Below, in pieces: positions 33,781 through 44,978 of a DNA stretch of 64,000 nt. Origin of the DNA: Podarcis melisellensis (taxonomy: Eukaryota). How positions within the stretch are numbered: the stretch's first letter is position 1; the number at the start of each line of letters is the position of its first letter. The notes under the pieces were generated by a model. The model was not told where the DNA came from, did not search any database, and saw nothing but the letters and a program-made list of their open reading frames with translations. The DNA is taken from assembly GCA_964234715.1 (NCBI GenBank), contig OZ174286.1; one strand, 5' to 3'. The translations under genes were made by a program, and so were the position numbers.

Positions 33781-35979
33781 TAAGTGTCACTGGTTGTGTT
33801 GATGTATTGATTCCTTGGAGCCGAATCTTAAAATACTGATCACTGGTGCGCCAGATAAGAGCCCTGGGTCATAAGGCTTATCATTTTGCCTGATGCTAGT
33901 TTAGCAGATGTCTTGTAGTTTTCACCAAAGATATTCCCCCACCCCTTTCTTACACACACTGTCATGGAAGATGAATTGGCTTGAGATTGGCAACGCTGTC
34001 TGTTATCTGTCATATAAGCTGTACAGAAGCTTCAATCTCAGCGCAAACACCATCTCTCACTGGACTTAGACCCAGATGTTTTTGGGGTTTTATTACACCT
34101 CCCTTGGTTTACCTGACTCTCTGAACTGCAATTCCCTGCTATCTGTCAATATACCCAGCAAAAGGGATTGAGTAAGTATGATTGTCAATTGTTGTAGTAT
34201 TTCCACCCCCACCCCTGCACAACCTTTTTAGTGTCTGTTGCTTTTCTTTAAACACACACATACACACACCCCTCTACACATACACACAGCAGGTGTAAAA
34301 TACCTGTCTCTTAGTATTGATTCTAGATTTACCACTCTGTGTTTCCTGAAGGTTCTGACAATTTAAAGACTGTAAAACAACCTATGCCTTCAGTCACACC
34401 TGTATCATCTGACTAAAATCAACTGGGCCACAGGGAAGTGGGCAATTAAGGGTGGGATGCCAGGCTTTGTGCTTGATAGCATTGCCAATATTTACATCTC
34501 CCGCACATCGTCAAAACAACCTCGTCCTCTTGCTTCAAGGAGCACAGAGGAATAGAAACATGGGGTCATCATTATACATCCTCCAAGCAGGTGACCTCCA
34601 GATTTGGACTACATTCCCATCATCCCTGACTGTTGGTCATGCTAGCCGGGGCTGCTGGGAGTTGGAGTCCAACAATATCTGGAGGGCACCAGGTTGAGGA
34701 AGGCTGCTCTGGCAGTTGATAGAAGGGGTAGGGGTGGTAGGTTTCTCCCCCCTTCCCCCACAATCAGTCTCTTGGAGAATTGGCCAGTTTTGTAGTGGTT
34801 TATAATCTGGGGACCAGTCAAGAAACACAGGGACCAGCCTTATCCAGTGGTTCTTCAGGATTTCAAACTGGGGACATACCCAGCCCTGTCTGGAGATGCC
34901 AGGCATTTAACCTGGGACTTTCTGCATTCAAAACAGGTGCTCTGTCACTGAGTGGCAACCCTTCCCCGTGCTTTCTCAATCTCTCTCTCTCAGGGTGCTT
35001 TCCAAAAAGCGTGCTTTTCTAGATAGGCCCCCAAATGAAGACAGAACTCATTTGAACTATGTGGAAAGTAATGAGGTTAAGTAAGTTGACATCTGAGCAT
35101 TAGTCCTACAGCAGCTGCCTGGCTTTTTCCAGAATGGCTGGCTAGTGACCAGCTTGTGAGTTTCAACAGTGCTTAAAGTTTCCCTGTTTTAATCCTGATG
35201 TTTAAAAATGAGTTTTAAAGTTACTCTAAAAAGAGGCTGGGGTTTGGAAGGCAAGATTTGTACTCATTCCTTCAGAGGCAGTGCTGTAACGTGGGGGGAG
35301 CCAAAGGCTTTAAATTTGGGGTCTCCAACATGATGCCTGTGGGTGCCATGGCACCCACCAACACCTCTCCTGGCACCTGCCCAGACCCCCTGTCCCCCTA
35401 CCTCCTGCCTTACTCTTCTGTGGGTTTGGGGGGGGGTTGGTCATCCCACCCCCCTTTTCCTGTCTGTCATGAGAGTTCTGAGAGAGAGCCAACTTAGGTA
35501 TGAAAAAGGCAGCTCTAACAGGCCCCACCCCACTGAAAGAGGCAGCAAATAACAGTAGACCTGTCCTCTAAAACAAGAGAGTTTCCACAATACTACCTGG
35601 CATCTGCATGATTTCAGGGAAACCGTGACATATCTGTTGCCCGGGGAATAACTATTTTAGTACAATGCAAATGGTGAGCAGCATTTCAATTTGTCCAAAG
35701 TGATAAAAAGCCTAAGTGGTGAAAATAAGCCAGAGCTGCTAGAAGACCTGCTTTTCCATCTAATTTCCACCCTGCCGTTACAAACTAGCAAAGTTTTAAA
35801 TAATGAGCTGGACATTGAAGGGAATCGCTCATACACTCCAGAGGTGTGTAGTTCTCTATTACAGCAAGGGCCATTGAATCATACACATAATGGAGGAGCT
35901 GACACCGCTGATTTGGTTGGAGGTGCAGCTATTTGAATAGACCCTAATCAAGTACCATAACTGATTGCATGTTCATCAT

Positions 35980-36183
35980 GGGAGGACCATAGCTCAGTAG
36001 TAACCACAGAGCATCTGCTTTGCATGCAGAAGACCCCAGGATCCGTCCCCCGGCATCTCTAGGTAGAGCCAGGAGAAATCCCTGCCTGAAGTCCTGGATT
36101 GCCTCTGCCAGTCAGTGCAGACAATTCTGGCCTAGATGAACCAGTGGTCTGATTCTGTTTACAGCAGCTTCCTATGTTCCTAT
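35980..36183 (+). mobile_element. tRNA-derived SINE with a CR1-like 3' end; related copies at about 1935-2085(-), 10505-10605(-) and 34885-34960(-)
   Basis: Head TAGCTCAGTAGT...AGAGCATCTGCTTTGCATGCAGAAG; tail CAGCTTCCTATGTTCCTAT. Confidence 0.7.
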
Positions 36184-36204
36184 TCCTTCTCTTGATCATT
36201 GGAA

Positions 36205-36294
36205 CATAGCTGTCAACTTTTTCCTTTTTTTAAGGGAAATTCCCTTATTCTGAATAGGATTCCTCGCAAGAAAAGGGAAAAGTTGACAGCTATG
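36205..36294. mobile_element. 90-bp palindromic MITE
   Basis: CATAGCTGTCAACTTTT/AAAAGTTGACAGCTATG TIRs; TTGGAA in both 8-bp flanks. Confidence 0.75.
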
Positions 36295-36730
36295 TGTTGG
36301 AAGCGCCAAAAACTGGCTTTAAAAGCAAACAAACACTGCTTTATATGAGTGGATTGCATTGCTGGGTATGTTGTAGCATTGCTAGCAGTGCCGTCACCTG
36401 ATCAGACGGACAAATTTAAGAACACAAAAAGAGCCTGCTGGACCAGGCCAATGGCCCATCTAGTCCAGCATCCTGTTCTCACAGTTGCTGGCCTGTGGGA
36501 CACCCGCAAGTTGGATTCGGGCACAAGAGCATTCTCCCCTCCTGTGGTTTTGCTTCCAGCGACTGTTTTTCAGAAGCACTGCTGCCTTCAATTGTGGAGG
36601 CAGAGCATAGTCCTCATGGCTAGTAGCAACTGTTAGGAACCTTAAGAAGGGAGAATAAGAGGGGCCTTGAAGTTTCCCATCCACAGTTAGAACCTCGGTC
36701 ACCTGGTCTCCCCCACTTCAATGAGATGTA

Positions 36731-36972
36731 CAGTGGTACCTCGGGTTAAGAACGTAATTCGTTCCGGAGGTCCGTTCTTAACCTGAAACTGTTCTTAACC
36801 TGAAGCACCATTTTAGCTAATGGTGCATCCTGCTGCTGCCGTGCCGCCACCTCACGATTTCTGTTCTTGTCCTGAAGCAAAGTTCTTAACCTGATGTAAT
36901 ATTTCTGGGTTAGTGTGGTCTGTAACCTGAAGCATATGTAACCTGAAGCGTATGTAACCCGAGGTATCACTG
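36731..36972. mobile_element. Tc1/mariner MITE (same family)
   Basis: TA-CAGTGGTACCTCGGG...CCCGAGGTATCACTG-TA. Confidence 0.88.
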
Positions 36973-36976
36973 TACT

Positions 36977-37318
36977 GTAAAGGGACCCCTGAACGTTAGG
37001 TCCGGTCGTGGACGACTCTGGGGTTGTGGTGCTCATCTCGCTTTATTGGCTGAGGGAGCCAGCGTACAGCTTCTGGGTCATGTGGCCAGCATGACTAAGC
37101 CGCTTCTGGTGAAACCAGAGCAGTGCATGGAAACAGCGTTTACCTTCCTGCTGGAGCGGTACCTATTTATCTACTTGCACTTTGACGTGCTTTCGAACTG
37201 CTAGGTTGGCAGGAGCAGGGACTGAGCAACGGTAGCTCACCTTGTTGCAGGGATTCGAACCGCTGACCTTCTGATTGGCAAGCCCTAGGCCCTGTGGTTT
37301 AGACCACAGGGCCACCCG
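36977..37318 (-). mobile_element. Sauria SINE
   Basis: Reverse complement of the 6117 family; GTACTGTA is duplicated at both ends. Confidence 0.9.
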
Positions 37319-39855
37319 TACTGTACTTTTCTTTATTTCTAAACATCTATACATGTTAGCCCATGCAAATTTTGTGCAAACAGGTACCCACTTTTTTGCG
37401 ATGCATTTCCTGTGTGCGTGTGTCTGCGATGTTTAAGTGGTCACCCCAATTGCTTCCTATAAGCAGGGGAACATTTTCTTAGGCACAGTGGATAATTCTA
37501 ATGTATGGGGAGCCATTCCTTTTACAGAGAACCAGGAAATCCTCGTACATATTAATCTTGGGGGTGGGGTCACAAACCTCTTTTCAGCAATTCATGACAC
37601 AATCACTTGGAAATACATTCTGCTGAAATCAAAAGGGCCTATTTTCAAGCAAATGTGCCCTGAGTGGATAGACCATTCAGAGATACACCACAGGCTTTGA
37701 GCAAATGCCTTTTCTCTATGACTGGAAAAGTTCAACCACCCAAAATGTCTAAGTATATTACTGTACTTTCTCAATTTGCCCCCACACCCCACCCACTGCA
37801 TTTGCCTAGCTTCCCATCAAACCCTTCTCTGGTTGGCGATATGCTCTTTCTGACTACTGTGGCTAAAGTATGCTCCCTGACAAATGATTTCACAAACTGT
37901 GCATGTCGTTCCCCCCACCACTCCAAATAGGCCCCTTTAGACAATAACCACAATGGCTTTTTATGTGAATATGTAAATAGGTTAAAAAGTGGATGCATCC
38001 ACTATCATAGAGAATATTATTCCAGTGTTACACTTCAGAGCCTTTCAGAACAATTTGCCAACACTTTGTGCTCCTACCCAAAGTGCCAAAATTGCTCTGT
38101 TCATGCAATTTTTCAAACATTTCACCTGAGCAAGAAATAAAAAGGTCTGCCAATGGGACAGTCATTTAGGCTGCTTTAAGGAGTAAAAGGGAGCCTTCCC
38201 CACAGCTATTTTGGAGAAGGAAGAGCATGTTCTATGCTATCCCACTGTATGTTAGCATCTCTCCCAATTCCATTATAGCATTGACATGATAGCACGTTAA
38301 TTGGTTGTAGCTGTTCCAACTATTCCTTTCAAACTGTTGTATATTTTGAGAGAACTTCTGGGTATTAACCTTTTATTGAAATATTCATATTTTCTATTCA
38401 GAGTAAGTTTCCAATAAAAATGTGTTTTTATTGTTTCTTTTTGTGCATGGTTGAACACTTTTCCTGGTTACACGCAGGAAAAGGGTTCCGCTACACAACT
38501 TCAGAAATATTTGAAGCAATACAAATTATGCCATAGGTAGGGATAGTCAACATGGTCCCCTCCAAGTCAACTCCCATCATCCCTGACAATTGGCCATGTT
38601 GATTGAGACTGATGTGAATAGGATTCCAACAACATCTGGAGGACACCACACTGGCACCCCCTGCCAAACTCATGTTGTTTAAATGCACAAATTCTGTGCA
38701 GTTCCTAATGTTCTAATCAGTGTGCCATTTTAATTGAAAGGGTTGGAACTTACATAACCTCCAAGTGCCCCTATTTTCCAGGGATGTCTCATATTTAGAG
38801 AAGCTATCTCAGTTTCTGATTTGATCCTGGAATGTCCCACTTTTCCTTAGGACATCCCCATTTTCATTGGAGAAATGTTGGAGGGTATGGAGTTATCCAA
38901 CCCCTATTTCATAAGGGTTATTTTACTATTTATACCCCATACATCTTACTGGGGTATAAATTCATATCCTAATTTAGATGTGAAGGTTGGTTGTATTGCT
39001 TATGCTGAGGTGAAGAAAAGGCACTGTGGAGATCCAGATAGTTTCCCCTCCCCACAATTGCTTCTTATGTTGCAGGCTTCAGCCTGACATTCAGATAGAT
39101 AATGGTTTCTCTCTGTTACTCATTTTTCCATTCTTTGCCTCATTTCTGTAGCAGTTTGCAGTTATTTTTTTATTATAAAAAACCACAAAAATTCTTAATC
39201 TCAGCAATTTCTCCTGATAAACACATTTCTTATGTAGTTTTGACTAATATACTGAGTATATGGAATTTTGTAAACACCTTTTCCAAAATATAATGCACTT
39301 TTGTACATTATTCACTCATAGTCACTCATATTCACATTTTCTCCTAATATATGATATATATTTTTGTACACATTGTATTGGTTGGAGAACTGCATCATAA
39401 AGTTAAGAGAATTGCAGTTTCTTGTTAAAACACAAACATCTTTCTCCCCCATCACAACACTTGAACAGATTTGGGCCTAAGCCTGGGGACCATTTACCAA
39501 ATTAATTCTTGTATATATCCTGTGCTTGCCATGACTGCAGTGTCGTTAATAGTCTTGGAAAATCCCCTGAGGACAATGGTGTCCGTATAGCTCTGCGTTC
39601 TCTCAAGGCATTTGCTCTGGCAACAGAAGCTGGCTAGCTTCCTGTTTTTATTGCACATTAAACCTCCCACCATTCGTAGCCTCCAGAAGGAAGAGAAATT
39701 GTCTGGATGGCTCCTGGAAGCAGAGTGGCAGCAGCACATTTAGGTGACACAAAAGCCATCAGTCTCTTGCTTTATACGGTGTTTATAACAAAGCCATTCT
39801 GCTCCAATTCCACCTCCCTTATCATGCCATCATTCTTTATGGGAGTGATAGGTGT

Positions 39856-39899
<44 letters not shown>

Positions 39900-40651
39900 T
39901 GTCCCTGAAACTGATATTAGCACTTCCTGGTATTGGCCACTGTTGCCACGGAAAAGTCTTATGGATGACATTCAAGGGTATATGTGGGAACAGCTGCATT
40001 GTACAATTGGTGAACTGTGTGCAAACTCTGAATCATCTTGGATCTTGATTTTAAAGGGTTCTTCCCAATAGTCTGTTAGTTAACCGAATAGACGGTATTG
40101 CAAACCACTTGTTATTGCAACTGGTATATAACTTTGTTAATTAAATAAAAACAGAAACCAATGTCGACAATCATATCAGTCTCACAGATGTGCATCCCTG
40201 TGAATGGTCTTCTGAGACATGCAAAGAATGGCTAACAACTTCAGTCGGTTTCTGACTGGAGCAACTGGGAAAATAAATTTTGGTAGAGGGCCTGGGAGAA
40301 AGGTTGTACAGAAAGGAGTGACAGTCCAGAGGGCCAAGCAAACTAAGCCATGCTGAGAGATGCTGGGGGGAAAAATGAATATACCCAGCTCTGACTTCTG
40401 GACTAAGGACTAGGTGTCTGTCTGTGTGTGTGTGTGTGTGTGTGTTTAATAAATTACAATATTGCATAACTACTGAGCTGCACTCATAACCTGGCTTAAT
40501 AAGCCTTTCAATCCATTAGAAACAGCAAGCATATATGTTTTGTTTTCAAAAAGAAAGTATATCAATGTGAGTTTTCTTTTCCCACTTTTGTGCTTTCTTA
40601 CCAGTCCTGTGGGCACAGTCCACATTTGCTCACTACTGCATTGAGAGCACG

Positions 40652-40687
<36 letters not shown>

Positions 40688-42180
40688 GGGTACCCAAAGC
40701 ACTCTTGAAACTCTCCAGCCTGCCTGTCTCTTTAGCAGGGAAAGCACCCAATATGTATTTTGTGTGGATAACCTAAGGTTAGAGAATTGTCCAGTAAGCA
40801 TCCCCTTGGGTTGCCCCCTGCCTTGTAAAACACTGTGAGCAGGAGCGGGGGTGGGGGGGGAGGCACAAAGAGGTGGGTGGAGAGCTGTTCACTTGGACAC
40901 TGTTCCTCTAGGAATCACTTCCCTTGGAGTCACGATTAAGCTCATCTGTTCCTTGTCCTGCCTGTATACCAGGCAATTTTCTTATTTGTGACGGTGGGAG
41001 GGAAGCGACAGTAGCCTTGGAAATAGCTTCAGATGCAACTGTAGACAGACAAACACCCAAACATTTATTTGGCATTTACCTCAGATGCTAGCTACCTAGC
41101 TGTCTACCCTACCCACTTGGAATATAACCCTTTGAAACCCCACAAGCTAGCACCTAAATTCAGCAATGTCACCAGGTCATTTTAGATTCTGGATCTTACA
41201 AGGGAGGGACTCTTTAGATCAGGGCCAGAAACCTTTTTCAGCCTCAGGGCTGCCTCATTTCCTCTTGGGTAGCCTTGTGGGTACTGAATATCAGTGGTAG
41301 GCAAAAGTGGGCATCCTGTACCCATGGTACCTCTTGCATTTGCCGCCTAGTGATGATTGCTTCATACATGGCATCTGCTGTGTGGCATCCGCTGATTTAG
41401 GACATTGTCACATTTTCCTAGAAGAGGTCAGAGAGTAACGGCCACCATTTTGTGATCAGGTGCTGCGAGTCTCTGAGGAGGCAACAGCTAGGCCTTGCCC
41501 TCTGGAGCTCTGAGGCAGCTTTGTCATTTGACTTTGCTTGCACTCAACATTTGAAGCAAGATATTCCCTTCCTTTCTTCTTCCTCCTTCAACCCAGTCCT
41601 CCCCCTCCCACGGCTGAAAACAGAAGCTTGATATTGTGACAAGATGGCCTCCGTCTCTTCCTTTATGCCACTCTGCCTAGTTTAGCTCTCTGTGGAGCCA
41701 CACAAATGGGCACAGAAGAGTGGGGCTGGCCAAGCACACAGTAGTCTCCATACTCCATTCAGGAAAGCAAGATGTATTGTCACAGTTCAAGGACACACGC
41801 AACATCACCAGAGGGGAGGTGCAGAGCAGGACCAGAGAGTAAGACAGCCTGATAGGTGAGAGCTGATCAGATAGATAAGCATTCCAGAATATATAGGAAG
41901 CAAAAATTGTATCAACACACCTGGATCCAAATTCAATATTTTAAAATGTTGTTTTTTAATGTCGGTCAGTTAACCAATCAAGCAACCAATCAGTGAATGT
42001 ATATATATATATATATATACAAGCATAACAAGCATAAAAACAACCCAAACCTGACTTGGAGGACAAACATGCAAGTCCTGATATATATATATATATATAT
42101 GCTTTCGTAGATTTTCACGGGTACAGGAATGCAGGTTTTGGTGTCCTCGGGTGTCTTCCCGTGTAAAAGTTGGGGTGTCT

Positions 42181-42222
42181 AGGCGACGTTTCGACGAGGT
42201 CTCACTCGTCATCTTCAGGCTG
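42181..42222 (-). ncRNA. Minimal hammerhead ribozyme motif (mirror copy)
   Basis: Exact reverse complement of the 44335-44376 motif. Confidence 0.75.
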
Positions 42223-43626
42223 GTGCTTTCGGCTTCTTGTTACTGGAACAGAGCAGGATCTCAGTGTTTGAGTTCCTATAAATACTGTTGAGGGGGTGTG
42301 GTGTATAGCCTCCAATGTTCTGGGCAGAGAGGAAGTTCCCAGGCTAGTGTGCCTTTTCTTCTTTTGTTCCTTAATTACTTGAGGGATATCTTGAGTGATT
42401 TCTTGAGTGATATCCTGAGTACCACTTAGGTGGGTCATTAGGTGTGGATTAGTTGCTAAAGTCTTTGTGTCTTGACCTCTTGAACTTTGTGAAGAGTTTT
42501 TCTGAGAAGATGGCTGTACTGCACTTAGTTGTGCTCTGGCTTGGCTTCGTGTATAGGGGCGAGCTGTGGTTTTGTGGCCTGTGTCAGCCAGATCTGTGTA
42601 GGGATTGCAGGGGGGTGCAGCATCCGGAGGTGCCACCATGGTTTGGCTACTGGATGGTGTCTGTAATTTATCTGTGGAGAGGGTCTGGGTTTGGGTCTGG
42701 TGTGGTTGATTGGTGATAGCGTTCTGTGTGCCTCTGGATCTGGTGTCAGTTTTTGTGGGGAGGGCTAATTTCCAGATGTCTGGCAAGCGGGATGTGTCGT
42801 CACGCTTGTTCATGTTGTGAGGGTGTTTCTCTATCTCGATGGCTTCCATGATTATTCTCTTGTGGTGATGTTCCATGTTAAAGAGCGATTTGGAATCTGC
42901 AAAATTAATTTCGTGTCCTGTTTCTTTCATGTGTTGGAAAAGAGAGGAAGTATTTTCTTCTTTTTTGACGGCATTCTTGTGTTCTGCGATACGTGCATTT
43001 ATTCGTCTGTTTGTTTGTCCAATGTACGTGGCTGGGCAGACTTTGCAGGGTATTTCATAGACCCCTTGGTTTTCCAACTGGATTTTATCCTTGGGGTTTC
43101 TGAGGATATTGGCTATTTTTTGGTTGGTGCAAAAGGCTGTTTTGATATTGTGTTTATGGAGGATTTTGCTAATTTTATCTGTAGTGCCCTTGATATAAGG
43201 AAGGAGGGCCATGCCATTGTTTTCTTCTGTGTCTTGGTTTTTGGGGGGTGTTTCTTTTTGGATTAGCTTCGTAACCCTGTTTTGCTGGTATCCATTGGCA
43301 ATTAACACATTTGAGAGATTCTGTAACTCAGTTGTCAAGTGGTCTTTGTCAGCCAGGCGTTTGGTTCTGGAGATGAGAGTCTTGGCTACGGAGTTTATTT
43401 GTGCAGGGTGGTGGTGTGATTGTGCATGTAAGTAGCGGTTGGTGTGTGTTTTTTTCCGGTAGATAGTGTGTCCTAGGGAGCCATCAGGTTTTTTGTAGAT
43501 TAGGACGTCAAGGAAGGGAAGTTGGTTGTTGGCTTCTATTTCCATAGTGAATTGTATTTTGGGGTGTAGGCTGTTGAGATGTGTGAGGAAGCTATCCAGT
43601 TTTTCCTTCCCGTGTGGCCAAATTAC
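42202..43626 (-). CDS. 5'-truncated Penelope-like ORF: RT C-terminus/thumb + GIY-YIG endonuclease + low-complexity tail
   Basis: VIWPHG...LNSLHPKIQFTMEIE...LPFLDVLI...IYRKKTHTNRYLH...S.HHP (PLE RT end). GVYEIPCKVCPATYIGQT..R...RIAEH...EAIEI...N (GIY-YIG with CxxC). Uninterrupted to TGA; the YxDD motif is lost to truncation. Confidence 0.92.
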   Translation of the reverse strand, partial: VIWPHGKEKLDSFLTHLNSLHPKIQFTMEIEANNQLPFLDVLIYKKPDGSLGHTIYRKKTHTNRYLHAQSHHHPAQINSVAKTLISRTKRLADKDHLTTELQNLSNVLIANGYQQNRVTKLIQKETPPKNQDTEENNGMALLPYIKGTTDKISKILHKHNIKTAFCTNQKIANILRNPKDKIQLENQGVYEIPCKVCPATYIGQTNRRINARIAEHKNAVKKEENTSSLFQHMKETGHEINFADSKSLFNMEHHHKRIIMEAIEIEKHPHNMNKRDDTSRLPDIWKLALPTKTDTRSRGTQNAITNQPHQTQTQTLSTDKLQTPSSSQTMVAPPDAAPPCNPYTDLADTGHKTTARPYTRSQARAQLSAVQPSSQKNSSQSSRGQDTKTLATNPHLMTHLSGTQDITQEITQDIPQVIKEQKKKRHTSLGTSSLPRTLEAIHHTPSTVFIGTQTLRSCSVPVTRSRKHQPEDDE

Positions 43627-44355
43627 ATGAAAGAAACAGGACACGAAATTAATTTTGCAGATTCCAAATTGCTCTTTAACATGGAACATCACCACAAGAG
43701 AATAATCATGGAAGCCATCGAGATAGAGAAACACCCTCACAACATGAACAAGCGTGACGACACATCCCGCTTGCCAGACATCTGGAAATTAGCCCTCCCC
43801 ACAAAAACTGACACCAGATCCAGAGGCACACAGAACGCTATCACCAATCAACCACACCAGACCCAAACCCAGACCCTCTCCACAGATAAATTACAGACAC
43901 CATCCAGTAGCCAAACCATGGTGGCACCTCCGGATGCTGCACCCCCCTGCAATCCCTACACAGATCTGGCTGACACAGGCCACAAAACCACAGCTCGCCC
44001 CTATACACGAAGCCAAGCCAGAGCACAACTAAGTGCAGTACAGCCATCTTCTCAGAAAAACTCTTCACAAAGTTCAAGAGGTCAAGACACAAAGACTTTA
44101 GCAACTAATCCACACCTAATGACCCACCTAAGTGGTACTCAGGATATCACTCAAGAAATCACTCAAGATATCCCTCAAGTAATTAAGGAACAAAAGAAGA
44201 AAAGGCACACTAGCCTGGGAACTTCCTCTCTGCCCAGAACATTGGAGGCTATACACCACACCCCCTCAACAGTATTTATAGGAACTCAAACACTGAGATC
44301 CTGCTCTGTTCCAGTAACAAGAAGCCGAAAGCACCAGCCTGAAGATGACGAGTGA
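43625..44355 (+). pseudogene. Second, shorter Penelope-like ORF fragment (C-terminal part), inverted copy
   Basis: MKETGHEINFADSK... to ...HQPEDDE* is identical to the minus-strand copy except one S/L change. Confidence 0.9.
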
Positions 44356-44376
44356 GACCTCGTCGAAACGTCGCCT
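44335..44376 (+). ncRNA. Minimal hammerhead ribozyme motif in the Penelope pLTR
   Basis: CTGAAGA (44339-44345), T, stem II GACGAG/CTCGTC with a 6-nt loop, GAAA (44365-44368), CGTC. Minimal hammerheads in PLE pLTRs are established; stem I pairing here is weak. Confidence 0.75.
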
Positions 44377-44464
44377 AGACACCCCAACTTTTACACGGGA
44401 AGACACCCGAGGACACCAAAACCTGCATTCCTGTACCCGTGAAAATCTACGAAAGCATATATAT

Positions 44465-44515
<51 letters not shown>

Positions 44516-44739
44516 GGTTTTGGTGTCCTCGGGTGTCTTCCCGTGTAAAAGTTGGGGTGTCTAGGCGACGTTTCGACGAGGTCGAAACGTCGCCTAGACA
44601 CCCCAACTTTTACACGGGAAGACAACTTTTACACGGGAAGACGTTTCGACGAGGTCGCCTAGACACCCCAACTTTTACACGGGAAGACACCCGAGGACAC
44701 CAAAACCTGCATTCCTGTACCCGTGAAAATCTACGAAAG

Positions 44740-44791
<52 letters not shown>

Positions 44792-44844
44792 GACTTGCAT
44801 GTTTGTCCTCCAAGTCAGGTTTGGGTTGTTTTTATGCTCTAACT

Positions 44845-44978
44845 CAGGGGAAACCTATGACCCACTAGATGTTGTTGGACTCGAACTACCCTCAGCCTCT
44901 GTCAGCATGGCCAATGGTCAGGGATGATGGGACCTGTAGTCTAGCAACATTTAGAGGGCCACAGATTCCTCATTCCTG
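44845..44978. mobile_element. Old URR1-like palindromic hAT MITE
   Basis: CAGGGGAAACC...AGATGTTGTTGGACT...GTAGTCTAGCAACATTTAGAGGGCCAC...CCTG; TSD CTCTAACT/CTTTAACC. Confidence 0.7.

Larger units (their letters stand above)
42031..44838. mobile_element. Penelope-like retroelement insertion complex (inverted, 5'-truncated copies plus pLTR fragments) in a (TA)n tract
   Basis: Minus-strand copy 42101-43626 and plus-strand copy 43625-44456 are joined head-to-head. Arms 42101-42932 and 43625-44456 are 832-bp inverted repeats. Short pLTR fragments lie at 44511-44740, with (TA)n at every element end. Confidence 0.93.

Noticed and set aside
35980-36060. tRNA gene (also the heads at 6117, 13884 and 47548)
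   Set aside because: Degenerate A/B boxes continue into SINE bodies, and no intact cloverleaf is visible.
43627-43740. N-terminus of the 512-aa ORF as genuine PLE protein
   Set aside because: These residues are the antisense of the inverted arm; true PLE homology starts at VIWPHG.
44511-44740. CRISPR-like repeat array
   Set aside because: Eukaryotic context, no unique spacers, and all segments derive from the PLE pLTR in both orientations.
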